NCBI RefSeq assembly: GCF_004010195.1
Contig: NC_057718.1
Coordinates: 59,886,137 to 59,950,136 of the forward strand
Origin: Chiloscyllium plagiosum
Taxonomy: Eukaryota
Reading direction: 5' to 3'
Length of the DNA: 64,000 nucleotides
Shown here piece by piece: positions 1-12,650 of the stretch. Within the stretch, counting starts at the first letter, position 1. Every line of letters begins with the position of its first letter. The position numbers and the translations under genes were made by a program. The notes beneath the pieces were generated by a model that was not told the origin of the DNA, searched no databases, and saw only the letters and a list, made by a program, of their open reading frames with translations.

Positions 1-276
1 TTGCACATACTTAAAAAAGCTTTTACTATCCTCCTTAATATTCTTGTCCAGTTTACCTTCGTACCTCATTTTCCCTCTGCATATTTCCTTCTTAGTAATC
101 CTCTGTTGCTCTTTAAAAGCTTCCCAGTCCTCAGTTTTCCCACTTATCTTAGCTATGTTATACTTTTTCTCTTTTAACTTTATATGCTTCTTTACTTCCC
201 TCGTCAGCCACGGCCACCCATGCCTCCACCTGGGATCTTTCTTCCTTTTAGGAATGAACTGATCCTGCAACTTCTG
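1..276 (-). mobile_element. CR1 (HER1-like) LINE ORF2 fragment, cut by window edge
   Basis: Nearly colinear with 58852-59126 inside the larger CR1 copy; its antisense ORF 44-262 is almost identical to ORF 58895-59113. Confidence 0.9.
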
Positions 277-899
277 AGGTTGCAGTTCTGCTATAAAACT
301 GAAATGAGGAGCTGAATATTGCAGCCTAATAAGCCTGTTAAGAATCATTAGAAGAGCTGGTTAAGACACTCATCTAAGTGTTTTAATTATTGTTGGTTAT
401 GTTTAGAACCCAGATTTGAAATCAAACCAAATAAAGGAAGTGATGGTTTAATGTCTCTGACAGCTGGATCATCAAGATAATTTCAGTGGCATTCACTCAA
501 TTAACATCAGAAAGAAGCTTAAATTGTGAGGTTGTATACCAGTTGAGCTCCATGCCCAAATCTGAGAGTATGGGTAATGCAAATTATGTACTAATACAGC
601 AGATTGTTCAAGTGATGTTGAGATTGAGATTTGCGTTTCTGTTTCTGCAGTGGCCATCTGTTCAATATTTATTATAGGAGTGCTTTTAGTCTTGTTGGAA
701 TAGAAATTAATGCAAACTATAGCAGTCTTCTGCAATATAAAATCATCATGCCATATATATCCTTTAACTCCCATCAAAAGACATTGTAAAATAATTGAAG
801 AAATTGATATTCTGTTTAACTGTCTTGCATTCAGTGCAACATTTTTTCACCAGTGGCAATGGCTATAGCAATGACGCTGGTAATACATTTGACCTGAAA

Positions 900-971
900 C
901 AAATCTAAGTAGATGTTAACATTGTGGTGATACTTATATATCACCATAATGTTAACGTCTAGTTAGATTTG
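900..971. repeat. Inverted repeat/hairpin, 33-bp arms, 6-nt loop
   Basis: Left arm caaatctaagtagatgttaacattgtggtgata (900-932) versus the reverse complement of 939-971, caaatctaactagacgttaacattatggtgata: 30/33 identical. Confidence 0.9.
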
Positions 972-1857
972 ATATATGTAAGTATCAGCTATCATGGCAT
1001 TGATTTGAGAAATATTGTCTAAGATAAACTGTCATTATTTGGCCAAGTAGCGCAAAAAGATGGTGCTCATTCAGTCAATGATCGGCATAGCCTTGCATCT
1101 GGAGAGAATGAAAGCCTTCAAGCAAAGAGATTATTTGATACATATTAACTATCAGGCCAGTCACTTTATCATATTCAAATGTGCTGAAATATGTTGACCT
1201 TCAATTGCAACTGACCGTTTGGTGTAAAACATGAAATTATGAGTAGCTCATTTATTTTTCATTAAGAAAAATGAAGTGAATGTTATTCGCTGCAACACAA
1301 GAATAACATATCTTCAATTTTGAGCATTTTTATAATTATTTGACTTTATCAGAGATTATTATATTTTACTTAGTAACAGATTTTGCTGGAATTTTTTTCA
1401 ATTTCACATGTTGTTTAGAGAGGCTTTGAGGGTCCATCTATCCAGTGGATTTTTCAATAGGCAAACTGATATATCACAGGGATAATTTAAGGAATAAAGT
1501 TAGTGACACCAGTAGTTAACAAGACTATTAAGATTTTATTTTTTTAAGTGAAAGTACTACTTGAGTTTTCTCTGTGATTAAATATGTTTAGATCTTTGGC
1601 TGCAATAATTCACACTGGCTTCTTAAAATTTAATGAAAAAAAACAAGAACAAATTTTATTTTCTTGCTTTATCTAATTTCTGCTTAAACAGATAAAATTC
1701 TTCATATACTAGTTTAACTGGTATAACTTCCATGGGACATATCTACTTAATATAGTAAATAACTCTCTCAAGAAGTCTACTTCTAAAGCGTTTGATTGCC
1801 TACAATCTTTGTGATGTGACATCACTCTAAAAAGCTTGCTTGTGATTTATAATGGAG

Positions 1858-3795
1858 TTTTTAAAATTCATTCACAGAGCATGAGCATTGCTGGCTGGCC
1901 AACATTTATTTCCTATTCCTGGTCACCCTTTAGAACATGGTGGTGAGCTGCCTTCATGAATTGATGTAGTCCCTCAGCTATAGGTTGACAATACCCTTGG
2001 GGAGGATCTTGACCCAGCGAAAGGGAAGGAACAGTGATATATTTCCACGTCAGGATGGAGCAGATCTTGCAAGCCATGGTTTTCCCATGTAACTGCTGCC
2101 CTTGTTGTTCTAGATGGAAACAATGTGAATTTGGAAGATGCTATGTAAGGACCTTTTGTGAATTTCTGCAGAGCATCTTGTTATACCACATACTGTCGCT
2201 ACTGAGCATCAGTGGTGAAAGGAATGGATACTTATGGATCGGATGCTAATCAAGCAGGTTGTTTTGTCCTGGGTGGTATCAAGCTTCTTGAGTGTTGTTG
2301 GAGCTACACTCATCCAGGCAGATCCATCATACACCAAATTTGTGCCATGTCGATGATTGACAGGCTTTGGGGATTCAGGAGTATCCCTAGCCTCTGACCT
2401 GCTCTTGTTGCCATTATATTTGTATGGCTTGTCTAGTTCAGTCTCTGGTCAATGGTAACCCTAGCAATAGTGGGAATAGTTGAAAGTGGAGAATTCAGTG
2501 ATGCTAATTCCATTGGATGTCAAAGAGTCAAGGTTAAATTCTTTCCTGTAGGAAATGCTCATAGCCTGGTGTTTGCATCACTTATATGTTACTATATGCT
2601 TATCAGACAAACCTCAATATCCAGGTCCTGTTGTGTTTGAACATAGATTGCTTCAGTATCTGAGGAGTTGAGAATGGTGCTGAACATTATGAAATTATTG
2701 GCAAACATCTTCTGACCTGATGATGGAGGAAAGGTCATTAATGAAGCAACTGAAAATGATTGGGCCTAGGACACTACCATTAGAAACTCCTGCACAGATG
2801 ATTTGGGGTTAGATGACTGACCTCTAATAACTACAACTATCTTTCTTTTTGTCAGGTGTGATTTTTAACCAGTGGAGAGATTTCCCCTTGATGTTCATTG
2901 ACTCCAGTTTTGTGAGAGTTCCTTAATGCCACACTCTGTCAACTGCAGTTTTGATGTCATGGGTAATCATTCTCAACTCATCTCTGGAATTCAACTCTTT
3001 TGTTCATGTTTCAACCAAGGCTATTATGAGGTCAGGAGCCAAGTATCCTTGCTGGAACCTGTATTGGTTTGATTTGGTTTGATTTAATGTTCTCACATGT
3101 ACTGAGATGCAGTGAAAAGTGTTGTTTTGTGTGGTCTCCAGGCAGATTGTAACATAAAAGTACATCAGCTAGCAGAACAGAGTGCAGAATACAGTGTTAC
3201 AGCTGTAGAGAAGGTGCGGAGGGAGAGATCAACATTAACATTTGAGAGGTCCTTTCAAAAGGCTGATAACAGTGGGAAAGACACTGTTCTTGAATCTATT
3301 TATATGTGTATTCAAACCTCTTTATCTTCTACCTGACGGAAGAGGTTTGAAGAGAGTATAACCAGGCTGGGACGGGTCTTTGATTTTGTTGGTTGCTTTC
3401 CTGAAAGAGTGGTAATTATAGATAGAGTCAATGGATGGAAGGCTGGTTTGCATTATGGACTGGTCACAACTAGCTGCAGTTTCTTGCAATCTTGGGAGAA
3501 GCACTGGTCATGCCACATTTTAATGTATCCAGATAGGAGGCTTTCTATGGTGCATCTTTTAAAATTGATTAGAGTCTTTGTGTACATGTTGATTTTCCTT
3601 AGCCTCCTGAGGAAATAGAGGTGTTGTTGTGCTTTCATGACTGTTGCATTGGTAGGCTATGTCAGATTGTTGGTGATCACCACTCCCAAGAACTTGACGC
3701 TCTCAACCATCGAAGTGAGTTTTGACAGATTATTACTAAGGATGTGCTGCTTCTTGGCACTATTGATGAACCCTTCCATCATTTCACTGATGAAC
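1858..3795 (-). mobile_element. Decayed non-LTR retrotransposon ('family B', CR1/Jockey group), 3' part, interrupted by Rex1/Babar
   Basis: 3' tail (ttaaaattcattc...gctggctggccaacatttatt...ggtggtgagctgcc) is the reverse complement of the tail at ~13060-13165 and is shared with 53160-53520. RT-like sequence resumes at 3711-3795 after the Rex insertion. Confidence 0.7.
3065..3710 (-). mobile_element. Rex1/Babar LINE 3' fragment
   Basis: ORFs 3453-3638 (KAQQHLYFLRRLRK...FKRCTIESLLSGYIKMW) and 3322-3504 (IKDPSQPGYTLFKPLPSGRR) match the characteristic C-terminus of Rex1/Babar ORF2; short-repeat tail at 3065-3085. Confidence 0.8.
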
Positions 3796-3892
3796 TAATG
3801 ATGAGTTATATTACTACAAACCCTGATATCTTCATACTGAGTGAAGATGATCCTTCACTGCTGGCAACTGATTGAGGTGATGATCTCAACAT

Positions 3893-4228
3893 GGGCGGCA
3901 CGGTGGCACAGTGGTTAGCACTGCTGCCTCACAGCGCCTGAGACCTGGGTTCAATTCCCGCCTCAGGCGACTGACTGTGTGGAGTTTGCACATTCTCCCC
4001 GTGTCTGTGTGGGTTTCCTCCGGGTGCTCTGGTTTCCTCCCACAGTCCAAAGATGTGCAGGGTCAGGTGAATTGGCCATACTAAATTGCCCGTAGTGTTA
4101 GGTAAGGGGTAAATGTAGGGGTATGGGTGGGTTTCGCTTCGGCGGGTCGGTGTGGACTTGTTGGGCCGAAGGGCCTGTTTCCACACTTAATGTAATGTAA
4201 TCTAATCTAATCTAATCTAATCTAATCT
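3893..4228 (+). mobile_element. Full-length HE1-type V-SINE
   Basis: tRNA-derived head (ggtggcacagtggttagcactgctgcctcacagc...gggttcaattccc), V-domain (ggagtttgcacattctccccgtgtctg..ggtttcctcc), CR1-type tail (gggccgaagggcctgtttcc) and (TAATC)n end. Confidence 0.95.
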
Positions 4229-5226
4229 GTACAGAGTACAGAATGACCATCAGTATTCCCAATAACGGAAATAGATCAGCAATAACATCTACCATAGCAA
4301 CAGTATTTACAAATGAAATAAGACTCCATCCAGAAGGACATCATCCTAGGAATGCGATCCAATGAAAAGGTGCATGTTTCCATTACAAAATCTGAATGAT
4401 TTAAAGATTATGTATACAATCCATGTGGAGAGATTGATGAAGGTAAGATTGAATAGAAGTTAACACATGAATGCAGTTTTTTCAGTAAACTATCATTTTT
4501 GTTGACCACAGATATGAGGTAACCTGGGTAACTTGTAGCTAGAAGGGGGGAGGGGATGGAGAATCCCTGTCGTAAAGAATTTCTGCATAGTGTACTGCTT
4601 GTCTTGCTGTCATCATGTGATCTATATCTGTGTTGAAAATTGCTTTCACATTACTTTGTGGTAGCTATTAAACCCATTGCTTGAAACAATGATATCAGCC
4701 TAATTTGAATCAAAGTTTTGAAACTTCTGAACTGTGGGTTAACTGGGTACATTGCCCCTGCATTTGGAAATTCTCCTGACCCAACATTGTTGACCATTGA
4801 TTCTGGGATTATCTGATCCCACCTATCAAAAAAATATGCATAGCTGTAACATTCCCCGGAAAGCTCTGTTGGAGTAAAGCAGAGCCCGGGAAGATCACCT
4901 CCTTGCCTTTATAGCAGTAGCAGCTGTACTTTGGTAATGTAATTAAAATTCCGGTCTTCTTGTAAATGTTAGTGAATGGATGAGTGGATAATTAAGTGAA
5001 TGGATGAGGTGGATTAAGCAGTTTGATTGTTATTAAGATTGGTTCTGTGGGATAAGTTTGTGGAATATTAGATGGTTGGAAGGGTACTCAGGACTAGATG
5101 GGGGCTGGGGTAGTTGGATTAGGAAGGATAGCTGATAGCAGGGGGACGTGGTGCAGTTGGATTGGGCAGGAGGGAAATAGTTCAATGTTCAGAGTGTTAA
5201 TTAAAGGCATTGGTTGTGGATTGAAT

Positions 5227-5412
5227 GTAAAGTTGCCACAGTTTTAAAGAACTGCTCTTTCACTAGAAAGGGACAACTGTTGATGGTTTAATCTGAGGGT
5301 CACCATGCCTCAGCTAAGAGGAGACATTGAAAAATATAGCCCTTCATAGTTACCTCAGCCAGACTGTTGATGCTACTCTGTATTGGAAACCAGACATTCA
5401 GCCAACAGAGCA
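5227..5412 (-). mobile_element. Old SINE-like repeat (unnamed family, copy 1)
   Basis: Core ggtttaatctgagggtcaccatgcctca is shared with ~12580-12610; the minus-strand start (gctctgttggctgaatg) resembles a Pol III A-box. Confidence 0.55.
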
Positions 5413-6027
5413 GTTGCAGATAACCCAATGACTGTCAAACATTCCCTGGTTATCTAGCTAGCTAAGTAGTGAGGAATTCTCCCAAGTCTCCGACTCTAAC
5501 CCAGAGTCAGTACATTCATCCAGAGTCACAGGCAGCTGGGGAATTGACAATTGGAAGATTAAATTTTCTGGGCAATTGCTTCATATGTCTGCTCATTAAG
5601 ACTTACCCCAGTTTACAACTTCAGCCACATGTCTTGCCTCTGACAATCCGGAAACAAGAAGACTTGAGCCATTATTTGGCTGGACAAAATGATGTGGCAG
5701 AATATTGGAAGTAATATAAAGATACACCTCGACTAATGGTATGTACCTGTAAGTACTGGTGAAATTAGGGCATTCCTTGACACAGCGTCTGAAAAATAAG
5801 ACAAGTGCAAGGACTGCGATGCACAATTAACCATAGCCATTCAATATAATACAGGTGGCAATGCCAACCGTGTGCTACCAGCTCATTTGCATGATTGCTG
5901 CTTGCAGCTAGCATTAACTGTGCTGATCACTGACTGCACAAATCAGCAGGGGGTCCAAAATCAGTACATGCTTGTGCTGTTTAAATTAAGCTGGCATCTC
6001 TTAAAAAGCAAGGGCATTATGATTGGA

Positions 6028-6391
6028 ACATAGAGCATAGAACATAGAACAATACAGCACAGAACAGGCCCTTCGGCCCACGATGTTGTGCCGAACATTT
6101 GTCCTAGCTTAAGCACCCATCCATGTACCTATCCAATTGCCACTTAAAGGTCACCAATGATTCTGACTCTGCCACTCCCACAGGCAGCGCATTCCATGCC
6201 CCCACCACTCTCTGCGTAAAGAACCCACCCCTGACATCTCCCCTATACCTTCCACCCTTCACCTTAAATTTATGTCCCCTTGTAACACTCTGTTGTACCC
6301 AGGGAAAAAGTTTCTGACTGTCTACTCTATCTATTCCTCTGATCATCTTATAAACCTCTATCAAGTCACCCATCATCCTTCGCCGTTCCAA
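6028..6391 (-). mobile_element. CR1 3' end
   Basis: (CATAGAA)n tail; ORF 6104-6574 C-terminal part LERRRMMGDLIEVYKMIRG...TRGH...FFTQRVVGAWNALP. Confidence 0.92.
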
Positions 6392-6392
6392 N

Positions 6393-6863
6393 GCACAGCA
6401 TTTCAACTCCTCCTCCCACTCCACCGAGGATATGCAGGTCATTGGACTCATCCACCGCCAAACCACAACAACCCGATGGTCGGAGGAGGAGCGTCTTATC
6501 TTCCGACTGGGAGCCCTCCAACCGCAGGGGATGAACTTGGACTTCACCAGTTTCTTCATCCCCCCTCCCCCCACCTTGTCTCAGCCGGATCCCTCCCGCC
6601 CGGCACCGCCTTCCTGCCCTGCAGTCTTCTTCTTGCCCTCTCCGCCTCCACCCTACTCCGACCTATCACCTTCACCTTTACCTCTTTCCACCTATCACAT
6701 TTCCAACGCCCCTCCTCCAAGTTCCTCCTCCCTACCTTTTATCTTCTCCTGCTGAACACTCTCTGCTCATTCCTGAAGAAGGGCCTGTGCCCGAAACGTC
6801 GAATCTCCTGTTCCCTGGATGCTGCCTGACCTGCTGTGCTGTTCCAGCAATAAAGTTTCGACT
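6393..6863 (+). mobile_element. Penelope-like element 3' part (GIY-YIG C-terminus plus pLTR)
   Basis: MQVIGLIHRQTTTTRWSEEERLIFRLGALQPQGMNLDF is a typical Penelope endonuclease end. It is followed by a pyrimidine-rich spacer and a hammerhead-containing tail, and it starts at an N (6392). Confidence 0.85.
6769..6804 (+). ncRNA. Minimal type I hammerhead ribozyme
   Basis: ATTC-CTGAAGA-a-GGGC ctgt GCCC-GAAACGTC-GAAT: conserved core, stem II GGGC/GCCC, stem I ATTC/GAAT, palindromic ACGT in place of stem III. Confidence 0.8.
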
Positions 6864-7215
6864 TTCCGCATAAGCCTATCATGGGGAACCTTATCAAATG
6901 CCTTACTAAAATCCATGTATACTACATCCACTGCTCTACCCTCATCCACATTCTTGGTCACCTCCTCAAAGAATTCAATAAGAGTTGTAAGGCAAGACCT
7001 ACCCTTCACAAATCTGTGCTGGCTGTCCCTAATCAAGCAGTGTCTTTCCAGATACTCATAAATCCTATCCCTCAGTACCCTTTCCATTACTTTGCCTACC
7101 ACCGAAGTAAGACTAACTGGCCTGTAATTCCCGGGGTTATCCCTATTCCCTTTTTTGAACAGGGGCACAACATTCACCACTCTCCAGTCCCCTGGCACGA
7201 TCCCCATTGACAGTG
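6864..7215 (-). mobile_element. CR1 RT fragment
   Basis: ORF 6767-7207: VPGDWRVVNVVPLFKKG...NYRPVSLTSVVGK...SCLTTLIEFF...YMDFSKAFDKVPH. Confidence 0.92.
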
Positions 7216-7729
7216 AAAACTGTCAACAATGAAGACTGTCATGCAAGAAGTTAATTTAACCTCCAAAACAGTGAATAGCACAAGGAATAAAGTGGGTCAA
7301 AGATTCTGAATACTACAGTTGAAGGTCTTGGAGTAAGAGCTAGAAAGTTATTGAAATATCCCATAATGACAAGGGAGCAGAAGGACCTCCAGAAGATACT
7401 AGGAGCAGATAACCCTGGGAATCCCAAGGGTCTGAAAGCAGTGCCATAAGAAAGTCAATAGTCTCAGCTGAGCAACCTTGATCAGTGAATGTACCTTAAA
7501 ATGCTGTAGTACGCCACATCAACCATATTACTATCAATCATTGACAATGTCTATCAAGCAGGATTCATACCTCAAATTCATATTCTCCATGTAACCCTTA
7601 TACACATAGCACTATTGCAAGCCTCACATTGGCATCTCATAGCTTATACACAGTGCTAATTGTTCAGGCAAGGCAGGCACATCACCCAAACAGAATGTGG
7701 TACCCTTGTGATACATTTCCAATTCTTTT

Positions 7730-8480
7730 GCAGGACAACCTGGTGCAATATTGTAGCAGCAGGATCTGACCAGAAGATTGCAGGTACATCTGTGCATCCC
7801 AACCTTCAATAACAAGATAGTTCTAGTCATTAGAGTGACTTTCATTACTGAGGCTGTTACTTGCAGTGGGACAGAAACCACTTAATGAAGACATTGGTAC
7901 TGGTGCCAGGATAATAAGCATTGAACTACATGATACACTAACAGTCGTCAATCACCAGCTGGACCTTCGGGGGTTGCATTTTTTTGATGTTCTGGTGAAG
8001 GGGAAAGTTATTATAAATCAGCTGCTTTGCATCATGGGGAAATCTCCATTACAATCCTAGATGGGTTGTATACTGTCTCCCTGGAAAGGAAGAATGAAAT
8101 ATAATCAGATCCTAATGAGTTAATTGACTCAGTGACTATCCCTCCTCTCCCTCATGTAACGATGGATGGGCAAACTTTCAGATATTGCAATTATTTCCAG
8201 CTCCAAACTAGAAGGAGCCAGATACATAAATGTTCAGCGTCACTTTCACATTCACAATCACGGTTAATGTGACAATTGCCCAGCTCTGAGTTTTGTAGTT
8301 GTGGCTACAGTTGATGGCAAATTTCATTGAAAATGTCCTTACTGAAGCAAATATTGTTCCTTACAGACACTCAGTTAGAGAGTTTCTCTCTGAATATCTG
8401 CGGTGGATATAGCTTTCTGCCGAGAGTCCTTCTCCTTTTCCTTGCTCTTCCAACAGCTTGTCCAATCTTTAAGATCCCTT
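7730..8480 (-). pseudogene. Harbinger (HARBI1-like) transposase relic
   Basis: Manual minus-strand translation: RRRTLGRKLYPPQIFREK...IVNVKVTLNIYVSGSF*FGAGNNCNI...VQLVID..IM*FNAYYPG, colinear with PIF/Harbinger DDE transposases; many stops and frameshifts. Confidence 0.65.
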
Positions 8481-11400
8481 GTTCACTCTCCAAGTCATGT
8501 TATATTTCTGAGAGAATGTCAACAAGATGCACACAACTAGGAGCAACTAGTTGGTGTAGAAGCCTTGGAGTCAGCAAATATTCCTTTTATCAGCTGCCAC
8601 ATCACTCCTTGTAGATTTCAGTAAGTTGAAACAATTACAGAAACACTTTGTTATAATGATATGTAGTACAACTATGTTTTGAGAATAATGTGGACCCATA
8701 TGAACATATCTTGAACTTTAAACAACAGATACTATAAGAGGCAGGGAGTTCAGATGGAGTCATATAGTTCAGAGGATGTTTAGAGAGGTTGCATGACTCA
8801 GTTTGTGGATGGAATAGAACAATTCCATTCTTTGAACTTAGAGAGATTTTGAGACTTGCCTGAGAAGCAACACCCCATCACTCCTACTCTCTTACATGCA
8901 ATTTCTGTTGACAATGTATGTGAGCCCAAAACACATCATAAGTCATTTTTACCATTTGGGGAGAGGTCTTGAAATGGATTTTGATGGAAACTATCCAACA
9001 ATACGCAGCAACCAAATTCAACCAATTCCAGAAATACACTCCAATGTCAATGACTCTTTGTACACAGAATAATTTTGGTTACAGAGCACCATTTGGGACA
9101 ATCCTTGACTTACCATTTTCCCCTGAGTTCAACTATTACTTGGCAAAAGTACATTAGTACTCTATATTATGAAGTCTTCTGCAAGATTATAATTTTCTTT
9201 GTTTCTATGTGTTCACACATGTTTAGTTTTTGTTAAGATAAATATATTTATTGTATATATTTATTCTACCACATGAATTCAGAGAGCAATTATCTGACTG
9301 AACCTTAGTTAAAAAAATTGTGATTCAGTAAGAACATTTTCAGCATATTTATATTATGCAAGCTGTTTTTAAATGTTTTTTGCATTTTTGAGTGGGTTTC
9401 TTGGTGATAAGAAATCAGTTATCCATTGTTAGCTAAAGAAAACTGGCTGACTTGCTCTTTACACTGAATCTGATACTTTCTGAGATAGATATGATTGGCC
9501 ATATCACCAACCTGGTTGAACTTAATAGCTGTTGTGACTAGTAGATGATTGGGACTAGAAAAGCAAGCAATGCATCCCTCTAGCATTGATCTTATAACTT
9601 GCACAATAGTAGCATACCCAAATGTAATCAACGAATGAACTGATAAGCAGTCAATGATTCTTTTAAATATCACAGGTGCTGGCAGGGTTGATTCTTCCTG
9701 CTTCTGAATGTATAATCAGTTGTCAAGGTAAAGGGAAGTCATTAGATGGAAGACTGAGTCCCAAATGGCAAAGTTTGTGTCAAATTAGTGGTGGGCAATG
9801 ATTGGCATCATGTTTTCCCTGCCCTACAATCACTATGCATGCATTAATCAGGGTTATGCCCAGTATGATTTGCCCCAGTAGTTTATTCACTGTTATGGGC
9901 ACCATTTTGGAGCTTTAATGGAACTGTACTACCCAAAACTAAGTTATTAACAAGCACAATTACTAACACAGGAAGTTCATTGCCATGAAAGGACCCAAGT
10001 TAGAACTGAAAATTTGTGACAGGCAGAGTCAAACTGCTCATGGTCCTATTTTGCAGGATCCGGTAGATTTTGAGTCTGGGTTGAGCCTAATCACATGAGG
10101 GATATATCTTCTCCCTCACAGGGAACCTATCAGGAGACATTGACACATCCAATAAGCAAATAAACAAAAAAATGCAATGATTTTTAAATGTTGAGGTTGA
10201 TGGAAAGAATAGAGGTTGTCAAGAAGTGACCTGTTATTATGAGGAGCTTGTGTATTGTTGTTATTGAAAGTGCATCTGCACATGTGCAAAGTCTTTGAAT
10301 CTAGGAAGCGAGTGAGTTGCTAAAGGTGTCCACTCAGAAGTTTCTGATTTGCAAATAAACATATAAAATGGCACAACTATATTATTATGCATATATAAAT
10401 ATGGTCATTGTAATACAAGTAGTGAATCTATTTGATATCTTCAAATGAAAATGTTTAACTCTGAAAACATTGAAGTTTAAAGTATTTTAATACACAATGC
10501 AATTAGAAATTTTATCAGAAAAATGCCCTAGTTATTTAGAATTGAATCCATTAGGAAATGAAACCTCCTTTGTTTTAATGTGAATTTATGAGTTATTTGA
10601 GTTATGCAGCATATCCTGAGCGTAAATACTACCATTTTTATTGGCTTTTTATATGCACTTTGTTATTAAAGGATTCGATTAGGAGACTGTGATTCTGTCA
10701 ATATGCAAATCTTAGACTCTGGCTTTATGTGTAATTTTACTTTTTATATGTCAATGTCTACTTGAATTTTTCCATTTGTTTATTTTGTGCAAACCATAGG
10801 GGACATTTTCAGTGCTGAATTGCCTCTTTAATTTTATTTTGAAATATTCTTATTATTTATTTCATTAAATGAGATAATGCCTTTTCTTATTAACATAATT
10901 TCCAGTACATTAAACATATTTCTCTACAAATGTAAGAGAAGAATCAAATTAAATGATGGGTATAGCAGTTTCAGCTATTGCTATAGTTACAAGAAACCAT
11001 AGCAGGAGCTTTTTTTTCTGTCCTCTCTACAGTCATGAGATGTGCTATATGAGAGAAAAATGAAATATTCTCAAAATCGAAGCTTGAACTAAAGGACTAA
11101 AAACTAATTTATGGTATCGAATCCAAAGGGAAGGGGATTTCACAACAAGTGAAAGAAAGATAATGAAAAAAAATTTAAAATGGTGATAAAAGAATCCTAA
11201 AAAAGTCAATTTTGAATTAATCAAGCCAAAAGCATAAACTCAATATGTGGAAGTTGGATTTCATTCAGCAAATTGGGACAATAAGCAGTACTGATAAAAT
11301 ATTATTTCTTCCATTATAAAGCAGTTGTTTAAAGATCCTTGTGTTAAAGTACTGGAAAAATACTAATAACAAAAATGACCAAAATTTCAATGGGTTTACG

Positions 11401-11669
11401 AAACTGTTGATGTTTAATTTTGGTCTCCTCTTATAAGGCTTCACTTTTCTGATTTTACTGTAAGGGTGAAACATCAATTTATATTTCAAAAACATGGCAT
11501 GAGTTTACATGAGTATTGCAGTGGTATTGCTGTTTAGGTAAGTCCATTGTTTCTTTTTATTCCTAAGGCAAAATAGGAAATGAAACAAAAACTGTTGACT
11601 GCAAAGTAGTTCTTATAACTAAATGGAAGGTTTAAGTAAAGGAAGGACGTGGAAAATTTAGTATCTTTC

Positions 11670-12010
11670 TTAACCTTTGGAGATTCCAAAGTGCTTCAAA
11701 GCTAATTAATTCCTTTTGCAATGTAATCAATGCAGGGATTCATAACATCTAGTTTATGAACAGCCTAGTTTCATTAATTGGAAAGATCAATTATGTGAAA
11801 GAAAACTTCTGGTCAGGATATGAGAAGAACTTCCTTGCTCTTTATTGTAACATTCCATGGAAGCTTTTAGGTTCACTTGTGACAACAGAGGTTCAGCTTA
11901 ATATCACCTATGAGAGATGGTACTTTCAACAGTCCGAAATGCCATCAGTATTGCACAAAGCCATCAGCATAGATAACCTCCTTTATGAAGTGAAGCATGA
12001 AGCCATGATG
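11670..12010 (-). mobile_element. DeuSINE-like (SacSINE1/AmnSINE-type) relic
   Basis: agatggtactttcaacagtccgaaatgccatcagtattgcac...tcagcataga resembles the reverse-strand Deu-SINE motif (acggcacctccgacagtgcagcactccctcagtactgcac, recalled); L2-like tail near 11685. Confidence 0.5.
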
Positions 12011-12099
12011 AAATGGATTAAAAATTAAATGGATTCTATTTGGCAGATTATATTCAGGTAATGAAAATTAAAATGATCCCTATGCAGTCCCTTACGGAG

Positions 12100-12215
12100 G
12101 GGTCTTATGGAGTGGTGATGATGTACCTACCTCTAAGCGAGGAGACTGCAGTCCAAATCCCACCTGCTCCAGATATGTGTAACAACATTTCTGATCAGGG
12201 TGGCTGGAAAATATC
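12100..12215 (+). mobile_element. Short tRNA-derived SINE (~115 bp), copy 1
   Basis: A-box-like tggagtggtg, B-box-like gtccaaatcccacctgctccaga; homologous to 39840-39953. Confidence 0.6.
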
Positions 12216-12524
12216 TGCTGCTGCTTTTATCAAGTCTTGAAACATTTTATTTTTGAACATTGAAATGAATATTTTTATTTATATTTTGCATTATTTATGG
12301 AATACATTTCAAATAAATAATTAAATCCTTGACACACCCATTACATGTCTCTACAATAGATACTTCAAAAATCTCCCCCTTTCATATGATCTTTCCTCTC
12401 TGTAAATGTCATTCTAACTATTTCTCTGTACTTTTTCTCACAATGACTTACAGTACCTGACATGCACTATCGTAGTTAGTTGTGACCTTCATGTTTTACG
12501 TTCAGAAGAATAATAAATGTAATG

Positions 12525-12650
12525 TAAACCATAGTCATACCAGATCATAGTGCTTCCCTCTCATCACAAGAGATGACTGGTGGTTTAATTTGAGGGTTAA
12601 CATGCCTCATGCAAGTGGAGAAGTTGAGAAGAAGAATCTTTTATGATAAC
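12525..12650 (-). mobile_element. Old SINE-like repeat (unnamed family, copy 2)
   Basis: ggtggtttaatttgagggttaacatgcctca matches ~5285-5312. Confidence 0.55.

Noticed and set aside
1..276. Segmental duplication with 58852-59126
   Set aside because: Similarity is confined to CR1 sequence; these are dispersed copies of one family.
3893..3965. tRNA gene
   Set aside because: It is the tRNA-derived head of an HE1 SINE, followed by the V-domain and LINE tail.
8900..9157. piggyBac (PGBD4-like) relic suggested by LKWILMETIQQYA
   Set aside because: One weak motif only; I found no catalytic-domain motifs or TTAA-flanked TIRs.
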